64,000 nt of DNA from an uncultured Bacteroidota bacterium (GTDB taxonomy: Bacteria; Bacteroidota; Bacteroidia; Bacteroidales; VadinHA17): assembly GCA_937864815.1 (NCBI GenBank), contig CALMJY010000172.1, forward strand, positions 7,322 through 71,321, written 5' to 3'. The notes under the pieces were generated by a model, which saw only the letters and a program-made list of their open reading frames with translations, was not told where the DNA came from and ran no database searches. Made by a program: the position numbers and the translations under genes. Shown piece by piece: positions 53,630 through 62,690 of this stretch. How positions within the stretch are numbered: position 1 is the stretch's first letter; each line of letters starts with the position of its first letter.

Positions 53630-54179
53630 AGAGATTATTATAGCAGGTTTCGGAGGACAGGGTGTTCTGTCGATGGGGAAAATAATGGCATATTCCGCAG
53701 TGATGCAGAATATGGAAGTCAGCTGGATGCCTGCATACGGCCCTGAAATGAGAGGTGGAACAGCAAATGTTACTGTTATAATTAGCAGCGAGAGGATCAG
53801 TTCACCCATTATCAGACACTTTGATACGGCCATAATACTCAATCAGCAATCTCTCGACAAATTTGAACCGTCAATAAAACCAGGAGGAGTTCTTATTTAT
53901 GACGGTAATGGCATAACAAGACATCCTGAACGTAAAGACATTTCAGTTTACAGGGTTGATGCTGCAGAAGAAGCCGGCAGGATGAATATGTCGAAGGTAT
54001 TCAATATGATAGTGCTGGGAGGATTTATTAAAGTACGGCCTGTTATAAAGCTGGAGTATGTAATACAAGGGCTTAAAAAATCCCTCCCTGAACGTTATCA
54101 CAGCCTTATTCCCTTGAATGAGAAGGCACTTATACGTGGAGAAGAGATAATCCATGAGGTCCAGAAATCAAAGAATTAG
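53622..54179 (+). CDS. 2-oxoacid:ferredoxin oxidoreductase gamma subunit
   Basis: Start at the ATG at 53622 (MTEEIIIAGFGGQGV), overlapping the beta-subunit stop (ATGACTGA). Confidence 0.85.
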   Translation: MTEEIIIAGFGGQGVLSMGKIMAYSAVMQNMEVSWMPAYGPEMRGGTANVTVIISSERISSPIIRHFDTAIILNQQSLDKFEPSIKPGGVLIYDGNGITRHPERKDISVYRVDAAEEAGRMNMSKVFNMIVLGGFIKVRPVIKLEYVIQGLKKSLPERYHSLIPLNEKALIRGEEIIHEVQKSKN

Positions 54180-54270
54180 GACACCCGACACAAGGCGCAC
54201 GACACAAGGCTCAAGGCAATGCAGGATTTTTAGCCCTGAGTCGTGAGTCGTGAGCCCTGTGCCCTGTGCC
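54180..54270. repeat. Two short-period repeat arrays facing each other between convergent genes (CGACACAAGGCKCA x2; GAGTCGT/GCCCTGT heptamers)
   Basis: Left arm 54180-54217 and right arm 54233-54270 match as an inverted repeat at 28 of 38 positions. Both arms abut stop codons. Confidence 0.75.
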
Positions 54271-54271
54271 G

Positions 54272-54874
54272 TTATTTCCTGTAGAAATGCATTTCCTGTA
54301 TATAGTTCCAGACTTCCGGAGACAGATAGTAGGACATATCCTTGCCATCTTTTATCCCTTTACGTATAAAGGTTCCTGAAATATCCATCAATGGTGCCCT
54401 TACAAAGTGTATTTCCGCAGATGATATCAGGTTTTCCAGCATTTGTGATGAAGGTTTAACCGTATCTGGCCGGGGATAGACGTAAACAGGGTGTTCCCTG
54501 AGAATTTCCCTTGCATTCTTCCATTTATGAAGGGTATAAAGATTATCCTCACCCATAACCAGACAAAACTTAATCTTCTGATATTTCTCTTTAAGGTATG
54601 CAAGTGTATCAATTGTATATGAGGGAACAGGAAGTTTGAATTCGATGTCTGATGCTTTAAGTTTCATATTGTCCCCAATGGCCAGTTGTGTCATATACAG
54701 CCTTTGATGATCATTGAGGAGTGTCTCCTTTTTTTTAAGCGGATTATGCGGACTTACAACAAACCAGACCTGTTCCAGTCCGGCAAATTCGGTCATATAG
54801 CCTGCAATTGCCATGTGGCCAATGTGTACCGGATTAAATGATCCGAAATATAGTCCCACTCTGGTCATAAACAA
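54272..54874 (-). CDS. nadD: Nicotinate-nucleotide adenylyltransferase
   Basis: 200 aa. GSFNPVHIGH motif. Confidence 0.9.
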   Translation of the reverse strand: MFMTRVGLYFGSFNPVHIGHMAIAGYMTEFAGLEQVWFVVSPHNPLKKKETLLNDHQRLYMTQLAIGDNMKLKASDIEFKLPVPSYTIDTLAYLKEKYQKIKFCLVMGEDNLYTLHKWKNAREILREHPVYVYPRPDTVKPSSQMLENLISSAEIHFVRAPLMDISGTFIRKGIKDGKDMSYYLSPEVWNYIQEMHFYRK

Positions 54875-54920
54875 CTATTTCTTATTCAATAGTAAAAGGT
54901 TGTTTCAAAAGTTCATTTAT

Positions 54921-55003
54921 TTCAAACCACCCCTAAATCCCCCAGGGGGGACTTATTGAAATACAGCAACTTTCAAAGCCCCCCTTGGGGGGTTGGGGGG
55001 TCA
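54921..55003 (-). repeat. Dispersed G/C-hairpin element, copy A (~83 bp)
   Basis: The reverse complement aligns to 59395-59485. It has a 24-nt identical block (cccccaaccccccaaggggggctt), then 20 of 25 matches, then a 12-nt identical block (cccccctggggg) and a shared AGGGGTGG tail. Confidence 0.8.
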
Positions 55004-55593
55004 AAATCTAAATAAGGCACAGCCTCATTAATATTTAAAAAATCTCTAACTAATTCATAGACCTCCTTTTTTGCAGATTCAAGAATGTCGTTTACCACAA
55101 TTTTATCGAATCTGTCAGCAAGATCTATTTCTTCCTTAGCTTTTTCAATTCTCATCCTGATCTTTTCATGAGTATCAGTGCCTCTGCCTCTTAACCTTTT
55201 TTCCAGGTCAGCCACAGACGGAGGCATTATAAAAATGGACAGAGAATTCTTTCCGAATATTTTTTTTAGGTTAATTCCTCCCTTAACATCCACATCAAAA
55301 AGGACTGATTTCCCTTCGTTCCATATTCTTTCCAGTTCACTTTTCAGTGTTCCATAGTATAGATCCCTGTAAACTTCCTGCCACTCAACCAGTTCCTTAT
55401 TTTCAATCTTCTTATTAAACTCCGGTACTGAAAGATAGAAATAATCCGTTCCGTCTTTTTCCGTTCCTCTTATTGGTCTCGTAGTTGCAGATACTGAAAA
55501 TGAGAGGTTAAGACCTTTTTCCAGCAGATGCCTGACTATTGTAGTCTTTCCTGCACCCGATGGCGCTGATATTATTACCAGTTTGCCTCTCAT
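54973..55593 (-). CDS. gmk: Guanylate kinase
   Basis: 206 aa. P-loop SAPSGAGKTT. The last ~10 codons (FDPPTPQGGL) and the stop lie inside repeat copy A. Confidence 0.9.
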   Translation of the reverse strand: MRGKLVIISAPSGAGKTTIVRHLLEKGLNLSFSVSATTRPIRGTEKDGTDYFYLSVPEFNKKIENKELVEWQEVYRDLYYGTLKSELERIWNEGKSVLFDVDVKGGINLKKIFGKNSLSIFIMPPSVADLEKRLRGRGTDTHEKIRMRIEKAKEEIDLADRFDKIVVNDILESAKKEVYELVRDFLNINEAVPYLDFDPPTPQGGL

Positions 55594-55610
55594 TGATTTA
55601 TATTTTTCCT

Positions 55611-55659
55611 TAAGCCTTCCGCCTGTCGCCGGTTGCCGGTTGCCGGTTGCCTGTCGCCT
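55611..55659 (-). repeat. Heptamer tandem repeat GT(C/T)GCC(G/T) x7, ending at the stop codon of the yicC-like gene
   Basis: taagcct tccgcct gtcgccg gttgccg gttgccg gttgcct gtcgcct. Confidence 0.85.
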
Positions 55660-56535
55660 TTATAATATATTTAACGTTTGTTCTTTTATCTTTTCCAGTT
55701 CATCCTTCATCATAACCACGAGTTTCTGTATGGAGGCATCATTTGCCTTTGATCCGATGGTATTTATCTCCCTGCCAATTTCCTGACAGATAAAATTAAG
55801 TAGTTTTCCATTGGGAGCGTCTGTTTTTATTGTTTCAAGAAAATAATCACAATGTGTCCTGAGTCTGACTTTTTCCTCATTGATATCGAACTTTTCAATA
55901 TAGTATATCAGCTCCTGTTCGAATCTGTTTTTGTCAATATTTTCATTTCCAATATTATCAGAAAGAACAGAATCCAGTTTTTCCTTCACCTTTTTAATTC
56001 TTCCCTCCTCAAAAGGTCCTATCTGGTCGAGAAGGGTGAGAATTTTATCTATACATTTTATTATGTCAGTCATTATTGAATTACCTTCTTCGATCCTGTA
56101 CTGGTCAATGATCTGGAGAGATTCTGATATCTTATTCTTTACCAGATTCCATTCTTCTTCAGGTATCTCGTTCTTATCGGTCTTAAGAGTATCCGGAAGC
56201 TTCATTATTACTGAAAAAATCTGATCATCAAGTTTAATGTCCAGTTCAGAGGCAATCTCTTTGAACTGGTTATAATAGTTCTTTACAGTTCCTTTATTTA
56301 TTACTGTAGCGAGCTCCTGGTCGGCTGAATCGACATAGATTGAAAAATCAATTTTCCCTCTGTCGAGTTTCTGACTTATCAATGATCTGATTTCAGGTTC
56401 CTTTTCTTTAAAGAGCCAGGGGAGTTTAATGTTAAGATCAAACTGTTTTGAGTTCAGTGATTTTATCTCGATTGTGATCTTTTTCTGAGGAGTTTCTGCA
56501 ATGGCTTTTCCAAAGCCTGTCATCGATTTTATCAT
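55660..56535 (-). CDS. YicC-family stress-induced protein
   Basis: 291 aa. MIKSMTGFGKA N-terminus and conserved C-terminal EIGREINTIGSKAND block. Confidence 0.85.
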   Translation of the reverse strand: MIKSMTGFGKAIAETPQKKITIEIKSLNSKQFDLNIKLPWLFKEKEPEIRSLISQKLDRGKIDFSIYVDSADQELATVINKGTVKNYYNQFKEIASELDIKLDDQIFSVIMKLPDTLKTDKNEIPEEEWNLVKNKISESLQIIDQYRIEEGNSIMTDIIKCIDKILTLLDQIGPFEEGRIKKVKEKLDSVLSDNIGNENIDKNRFEQELIYYIEKFDINEEKVRLRTHCDYFLETIKTDAPNGKLLNFICQEIGREINTIGSKANDASIQKLVVMMKDELEKIKEQTLNIL

Positions 56536-56577
56536 TTCAACTTATTCATTTGGGGTTTAATATTAATTCAATGAAAG

Positions 56578-57924
56578 TTACTTATTATTGCCATATTTCA
56601 CAACGGCTTTGTTCTTCCATCGACCTGATTTATAATAGAAATATGACAGTGCAAATCCAACTGCCCATCCAGCCGGAATAGACCACCATATACCTGTTAC
56701 ACCTATTTCACCTGAAAAATACCAGGCAAAAGGAATCCTTATTATCCAGAGGGATAATATTGAGAATAACATCGGCAGCATAGTGTCTCCCGCACCTCTG
56801 GTGACACCATTGTAAATGAACATCATGGTGAAGGTGATATAGAAAATACTTACTATTGTAAGATATTGGTCACCAAGCCGAATGACTTCCGGGTCGTTAG
56901 TGAACATTTTCATTACCACATGCCCCCAAATTACAATGAATATCGTTGTAACAATTGTCACAATACCTGACATTTTAATTGTAGCAGTAAGACCGGCTTT
57001 TATACGCTCGGGTTTATTTGCGCCGATATTTTGTCCCACAAATGTAGAGAGTGCCTGAGAAAACGACATAGCAGGAATAAGAGCAAACATGTCAAGCCTG
57101 CTTGCAACCGAGTATCCTGCTATTACATCGGTGCCAAACTTGTTGACAATATCTAAAAGAGCCAGACCTCCCATAGCGACCAGAGTCTGCTGAATGCCTG
57201 TTGGCAGACCAATTCTGAGGCTTTGCTGGAAGGTTACTTTGTCGAAATGAAGTCCTTTAATGGCTATCCTTATAAGTTTGTGAGTCTTGTTTAGCCACCA
57301 TATTGCCAGACCGAAAGCAATCCCGTTTGCCAGGAGAGTTGCATATGCGGCACCGGCAACTCCCCATCTGAATACCCCGACAAATAGGAGAACTAATATA
57401 ATGTTGGATATGCTCGCAATAATCAGGAAGTAAAGAGGTGTCTTTGAATCACCTAATCCCCTTAAGACTGCACTGGTTCCGTTGAAACCAAAGAATATTA
57501 ATATTCCTCCTAAATATATTTTAAGATATAATACAGCCTGGGGCATAATCTCTTCAGGCAGATCGAGAAGCCTTAAAAGAGGTTCACTTATAAGGATACC
57601 AATTATTGTTGTGATGATACCAATAATTGTGCTATAGATATACATTGTATCTATAGCCCTTTTTACTTTGACATAGTCTTTCGCTCCGAAATATTGGGAG
57701 ATTACGACAGTTGTTCCCATTACGAGACCAATTATCATAGAAACCATTACAAAGATTACAGGGAAGGATGCCCCTACTGCAGCAAGGGCTTCTTTGCCAA
57801 TGAATTTTCCAACAACAATACTATCGACCACGCTGAAAAGTTGCTGGAAGATATTTCCAATCAGCATCGGAGCTGCAAATTTGAATATGAGCTTTCCCTC
57901 ATGACCTTCAGTGAAATCCTGCAT
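56578..57924 (-). CDS. MATE-family efflux transporter
   Basis: 448-aa protein with 12-TM-like hydrophobicity. N-terminal ...PMLIGNIFQQLFSVVDSIVVGKFIG is typical of MATE. Confidence 0.85.
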   Translation of the reverse strand: MQDFTEGHEGKLIFKFAAPMLIGNIFQQLFSVVDSIVVGKFIGKEALAAVGASFPVIFVMVSMIIGLVMGTTVVISQYFGAKDYVKVKRAIDTMYIYSTIIGIITTIIGILISEPLLRLLDLPEEIMPQAVLYLKIYLGGILIFFGFNGTSAVLRGLGDSKTPLYFLIIASISNIILVLLFVGVFRWGVAGAAYATLLANGIAFGLAIWWLNKTHKLIRIAIKGLHFDKVTFQQSLRIGLPTGIQQTLVAMGGLALLDIVNKFGTDVIAGYSVASRLDMFALIPAMSFSQALSTFVGQNIGANKPERIKAGLTATIKMSGIVTIVTTIFIVIWGHVVMKMFTNDPEVIRLGDQYLTIVSIFYITFTMMFIYNGVTRGAGDTMLPMLFSILSLWIIRIPFAWYFSGEIGVTGIWWSIPAGWAVGFALSYFYYKSGRWKNKAVVKYGNNK

Positions 57925-57975
57925 TTTTGGATGCTTTATCCTGCAAAGGAAATCAATAAAGGGAACTTATCAAAA

Positions 57976-59358
57976 CTACTTCATAATCCTTTCCAGTTCT
58001 ACTGTGAAATGCCTCAGAATCAGGGCTTCCCTTTTTATTCTCATGCCTCTTGTAATTGAATTTCTCCGTTCAAATACATTTTTAACTACAGCAGCAGTAT
58101 AATCCATATGGTTGTATGTATAAACCCTCCTTGGAATAGCCAGCCTAACCATTTCAAGATCGGGATACCTGTTTTCACGGGTAACCGGATCTCTGTCGGC
58201 CATGAGGGCTCCAACCTCTACACCCCGGACACCTCCTTCTGTATATAGCTCAACAGCAAGAGTCTGTGCAGGGAATTCTTCACGCGGAATTGAATTAAGG
58301 AAGCTCTTTGCATCTATAAAAATTGCATGGCCTCCAAATGGTTCTATAATAGGAATTCCTGATTCCTTCAGCCTGTTACCCAGATATTCAACCTGCTTTA
58401 TCCTTGATTCAAGGTATGTAAATTCGGTTCCTTCGTATAATCCCTGAGCAAGTGCATTCATATCCCTGCCCGACATTCCTCCATAAGTAATGAATCCTTC
58501 AAAGATTATATTAAACGTTGAAGCCTGCCTGAATAGCTTCTCTTCCCTGAATGCAATAAAACCGCCCATATTCACAATTGCATCTTTCTTTGAACTCATC
58601 GTCATGCCGTCAGCATATGAGAACATCTCCCTCGTGATTTCAGAGATCTGCATATTTGAGAATCCCTTTTCCCTTGTTTTGATGAAATAGGCATTTTCAG
58701 CAAACCTGGCACCGTCAATAATGAGTTTTATCCCGTAGCGTCGGGCAAGTTCTGATACTCCCCTGATATTGGACATACTTACAGGCTGACCCCCGGAGGT
58801 GTTATTGGTTACCGTGACTATTATAAATGGTATTTTACCGGATGGATTATTCTTAAGAACATTTTCCAGTTTTTCCAGATCAACATTCCCTTTAAATGGA
58901 TGAATGGCAGAAGGATCTCTTGCAACATCTATTGTACAATCAACAGCTTTTGCCTTTCTGAATTCTATATGACCCTTTGTAGTATCGAAGTGAGAATTGC
59001 CGGGCACGATATCACCCTCTTTTACAAGTACCGAAAAGAGCACATTTTCTGCAGCCCTTCCCTGGTGTGCAGGCAGGAAATACTGAAAACCTGTAATATC
59101 CCAGATGGCATCCTTCAGGTTATAATATGAGGAAGCTCCTGCATAACTTTCATCGCCGGTCATGATAGCTCCCCACTGCTTATCACTCATAGCACCTGTA
59201 CCTGAGTCGGTAAGTAGATCAATGTATACTTCTTCCGATCTGAGGTTGAAGAGATTAAAGGAGGCATCCCTGATCCATCGTTCTCTCTCCTGAAGTGTGC
59301 TCCTGTAAATCTTTTCAACCATCTTTATTTTGAATGGTTCTGCAAAAGGTAATTTCAT
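57976..59358 (-). CDS. Beta-eliminating lyase (tryptophanase / tyrosine phenol-lyase family)
   Basis: 460 aa. DLLTDSGTGAMS, HQGRAAE and MSSKKDAIVNMGG (PLP-Lys). I cannot separate TnaA from TPL by eye. Confidence 0.85.
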   Translation of the reverse strand: MKLPFAEPFKIKMVEKIYRSTLQERERWIRDASFNLFNLRSEEVYIDLLTDSGTGAMSDKQWGAIMTGDESYAGASSYYNLKDAIWDITGFQYFLPAHQGRAAENVLFSVLVKEGDIVPGNSHFDTTKGHIEFRKAKAVDCTIDVARDPSAIHPFKGNVDLEKLENVLKNNPSGKIPFIIVTVTNNTSGGQPVSMSNIRGVSELARRYGIKLIIDGARFAENAYFIKTREKGFSNMQISEITREMFSYADGMTMSSKKDAIVNMGGFIAFREEKLFRQASTFNIIFEGFITYGGMSGRDMNALAQGLYEGTEFTYLESRIKQVEYLGNRLKESGIPIIEPFGGHAIFIDAKSFLNSIPREEFPAQTLAVELYTEGGVRGVEVGALMADRDPVTRENRYPDLEMVRLAIPRRVYTYNHMDYTAAVVKNVFERRNSITRGMRIKREALILRHFTVELERIMK

Positions 59359-59394
59359 AGTTGCTTTTTATTAAAATATTTATTGTACTTGAAA

Positions 59395-59485
59395 ACCCCC
59401 AACCCCCCAAGGGGGGCTTAGTAAGTTATTGTCTTTCAATAAGTCCCCCCTGGGGGTCCCGATAGCCATCGGGATAGGGGTGGAT
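59395..59485 (+). repeat. Dispersed G/C-hairpin element, copy B (~90 bp), with a nested extra hairpin
   Basis: Aligns to the reverse complement of copy A. It carries an additional TCCCGAT-AGCC-ATCGGGA hairpin (59457-59474) that copy A lacks. Confidence 0.8.
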
Positions 59486-59712
59486 TTTCGAAAACAGACT
59501 TAATTGTTGCACGCCGTGGGAAAAACAGACAGGCGAATTCCTCAATCCATGAAAGATCGATTCTACTAATCTGAAAAAAAATCCCTGTTTTTGATATTTC
59601 TGTATATATCAGTCACCGGATTCTGCGTTATAATGGAAGGTAAAACCAATTTTGATAGATTTGGTTAGTAAAAATAATAGTTATTTGTGATATATTCAAC
59701 CGGTAAAACAAG

Positions 59713-61455
59713 ATGATAAAATCTGGTGAAATGAAAAAAATCTTTTCCAAATTATTTTTTATAACAGTCTACCTGTGTTTCGAATTAACTGCTGTTTCAC
59801 AAGATGTTAATGATAGTATTATGACTGCAGGAGAAATAATCGATTCGCTTAAAAGAATTGGGGTAATTTATAGTGATATCCATAAAAAGCCTGAGATAGT
59901 GCTTACCACCAGGCAGGCTATCAGGTTCCTGGAGCAAAGACTGCAGCCTCACTTCTGGCAAAAGACTGATGATCCACTGCGCAAAGCTTTAATGCAACTC
60001 GTATTTCAGGCATCCAATCCGCCATATGATTCATCTGATGTATATCTTAAGAAATATCCTTATGATTCCCTCAAAGTTTCCTGGGATAAGTTTTATATAT
60101 GGGAGCCTCAAAGATTCAAGATTCAGGATACAACAGCATTCAGGCTGCCTGAAGGTGGAGTTAAGGATACATCCATACTGGTAATAATTGATACATTAAA
60201 TGAGGCATCATCCTCAAATTCCCTTTTTCCATTCCGGTATCTCAATTATCCCTACCAGGGTGATTCAATTGAAGTAGCTGCAAAATCTCTTCTGAAATTC
60301 ATGGAGGATCGGGATTCTTCAATCATTAATTTCACTGGTATAAGCAATACAATGACTCCCTTATGGCTTAATTCAAAAGCAGATAATATGTCGCGTTACT
60401 GGCTCAGGAACGAATTTGATGATTCTGTTACCGTATGGCTTGGTAATAATGGCAGAAATACTGTAGGCCTTTATCTTGAGCAGGGAGTTAATTTCAAACG
60501 TCCGCCAAAACAGGAAACAGGTAATGCTGAGGCAAGGATAAATGTGCAGCAGCAGGATAAATCAAAACTCCTTGAAGTTCAGCGAATTGTTGTAAAGCAG
60601 AAATACTGGAAATACAGGACTGAGGCAAACCTTGTCTTTAGCCAGTCAGCACTTTTTAACTGGGTTAAAGGAGGTGAAAAAAGTATTGCATCCTTACTTG
60701 ATGTTACAGGATATGCCGATTATAACAATAAACAGTTAAAACTTTCATCAAACAACTTCGCCAGGATAAAGCTGGGTTTTCTTGCTTCAGGCGATAATCC
60801 TGTAAGGAAGAATACCGATATAATTGAGACCAACTCTAAACTGAACCATAAGGCATTCGGGAAGTTTGATTTTAGTGCAATCCTTCTTTTTAAAACTCAG
60901 CTGGCGCCGGGCTATTCCTATGTCAAAGTTAAAGATAAACCTGATACTGCTATTCTGGTTTCAAAGATGATAAATCCTGCCATTCTTACTACCGGTTTCG
61001 GTCTTGATTATAAACCAAATGCAAATACATCGCTAAACTTTTCACCATTGTCGTATAAAGGAACTTATATGACAGATACAACTAACATTGATCAGACCAA
61101 ACATGGTATTGAAGCTGGCAAAAAGTCGAGACATGAGCCTGGTGTGAGCATTATGGTTACTCATAGCTGGAAACCTAAAAAATCTCTTACAATGACAAAC
61201 AGGCTCCAGCTCTTTACCAATTATATTAACAATCCTCAGAACATTGATATTGACTGGGAAATGATTTTTACGGCAAACCTTAACTGGTTTACAGATCTCA
61301 GGATTAACACACACCTGATTTTTGATGATGATACAAAGACTGCAGTTATCGGCGATGATGGCCTGCCTGTAAAGAATCCGGATGGTTCAGTAAAGAAAAC
61401 CGCCCGTGTCCAGTTCAAGGAGATGGTAGGTATTTCGCTTGCTTTCAGGTTTTAA
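59713..61455 (+). CDS. DUF3078-domain outer-membrane protein
   Basis: 580 aa, with an alternative start at 59731 (MKKIFSKLFF). ANLVFSQSALFNWVKGGEKS is the characteristic DUF3078 block. Confidence 0.7.
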   Translation: MIKSGEMKKIFSKLFFITVYLCFELTAVSQDVNDSIMTAGEIIDSLKRIGVIYSDIHKKPEIVLTTRQAIRFLEQRLQPHFWQKTDDPLRKALMQLVFQASNPPYDSSDVYLKKYPYDSLKVSWDKFYIWEPQRFKIQDTTAFRLPEGGVKDTSILVIIDTLNEASSSNSLFPFRYLNYPYQGDSIEVAAKSLLKFMEDRDSSIINFTGISNTMTPLWLNSKADNMSRYWLRNEFDDSVTVWLGNNGRNTVGLYLEQGVNFKRPPKQETGNAEARINVQQQDKSKLLEVQRIVVKQKYWKYRTEANLVFSQSALFNWVKGGEKSIASLLDVTGYADYNNKQLKLSSNNFARIKLGFLASGDNPVRKNTDIIETNSKLNHKAFGKFDFSAILLFKTQLAPGYSYVKVKDKPDTAILVSKMINPAILTTGFGLDYKPNANTSLNFSPLSYKGTYMTDTTNIDQTKHGIEAGKKSRHEPGVSIMVTHSWKPKKSLTMTNRLQLFTNYINNPQNIDIDWEMIFTANLNWFTDLRINTHLIFDDDTKTAVIGDDGLPVKNPDGSVKKTARVQFKEMVGISLAFRF

Positions 61456-61490
61456 CCGGTTGCCGGTTGCCGGTAGCCGGTAGCCGGAAA
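61456..61490. repeat. Heptamer tandem repeat CCGGTTG x2 / CCGGTAG x2 / CCGGAAA, filling the 42-nt gap between convergent genes
   Basis: Starts 1 nt after the TAA at 61453-61455. Same unit, on the same strand, as the core of 55611-55659. Confidence 0.85.
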
Positions 61491-61497
61491 ACCGCTT

Positions 61498-62619
61498 TTA
61501 TAAATCTTTCTCGTAGATCCTGAATTTTTTAACGACCTGACAACCAACACGTTCGTATTCACCCCTCATTTTTGTGTTGTTTTCCAAAACAAGGTGACTA
61601 TCGAGAGTTTCCATTTTATGTTTTATAGCTGACTGTAGTATTTTTACTCCCATCAGCACATCGAGTCCTTTACCCCTGTATTCTTTCTTTACCCCGCCCA
61701 GCATCATTAGAAGTTTCTTTGATCTTTTGGAATCAATCAGGATGCGGATAATACCAAAAGGAAAAATTCTTCCTTTTGCCTGTCTTATCCCTCTGCTGAA
61801 ATCCGGCATTCCGATCGCAAACCCTACAAGTGTATTATTGGTCTTAATTAACTTGATGAATTTTGGGTCAAGAACTGGCAGGTACCTGTTAGCAAACTCA
61901 ATCTTTTCGTTGTCGTTAAGAGGAACAAACCCATATATTTCGTTGAATGTTTCATTCATAAGTTCCAGTACTTCAAGAATATACGGTTTCAATTCCTTAA
62001 TCGATTTAAATTCGATGATCTTATACTCCATCATGTGCTCCATTCTTGAGAGCACTTTTTCATATACAAGCGGAAATTTCTCCGGTATTTTTCCAAGGTA
62101 GTTAACCAGATCGACTTTCTTGAGATATCCTTCACTCTCAAGATATTCTGGCATGTAGGGTGAATTATTTGCACTTGTCATAAACTGAGGGTATTCAAAT
62201 CCTTCAATCTGAAAACCCTGAGGGTCCTTGTCTGAAAATCCCAGAGGACCAATAATTTTTTTCATTCCCCTTTCTTTCAGCCATTTCTCAACCGCACTGA
62301 TCAGTTCATGGAATACCTCCTTATCATCGTAGCATTCCATGAAGCAGAATCTTCCGTTTTGCTCATTATGGATTTCATTATACCTGTTATTTATGATACC
62401 CATAATTCTGCCAACAGGCTTTTTGTCTCTGTATGCAAGAAGTAAAACAGCATCGGCATATTTATACGACTTGTTCTTATCCTTGTTGAAGAGAAGCTTT
62501 TCATCCATATATATTGGATGAAGCCATTCCGGTTCGTTCTTATGTACTTTTTCAGGAAGGAAAACAAAAATCTGCCTTTCTTTTTTTGTCTGAACCTCTT
62601 TAATGACAATCTGCCCCAT
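61498..62619 (-). CDS. GNAT-like N-acetyltransferase family protein
   Basis: 373 aa. C-terminal KKEYRGKGLD is a motif-A-like segment. The family call is tentative. Confidence 0.55.
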   Translation of the reverse strand: MGQIVIKEVQTKKERQIFVFLPEKVHKNEPEWLHPIYMDEKLLFNKDKNKSYKYADAVLLLAYRDKKPVGRIMGIINNRYNEIHNEQNGRFCFMECYDDKEVFHELISAVEKWLKERGMKKIIGPLGFSDKDPQGFQIEGFEYPQFMTSANNSPYMPEYLESEGYLKKVDLVNYLGKIPEKFPLVYEKVLSRMEHMMEYKIIEFKSIKELKPYILEVLELMNETFNEIYGFVPLNDNEKIEFANRYLPVLDPKFIKLIKTNNTLVGFAIGMPDFSRGIRQAKGRIFPFGIIRILIDSKRSKKLLMMLGGVKKEYRGKGLDVLMGVKILQSAIKHKMETLDSHLVLENNTKMRGEYERVGCQVVKKFRIYEKDL

Positions 62620-62690
62620 ATTTGAAAATTATTACTACTGAAAGAAACAAAAAAATCCTAAATCATCCAAATTGTCTGAAAATGCAATTG

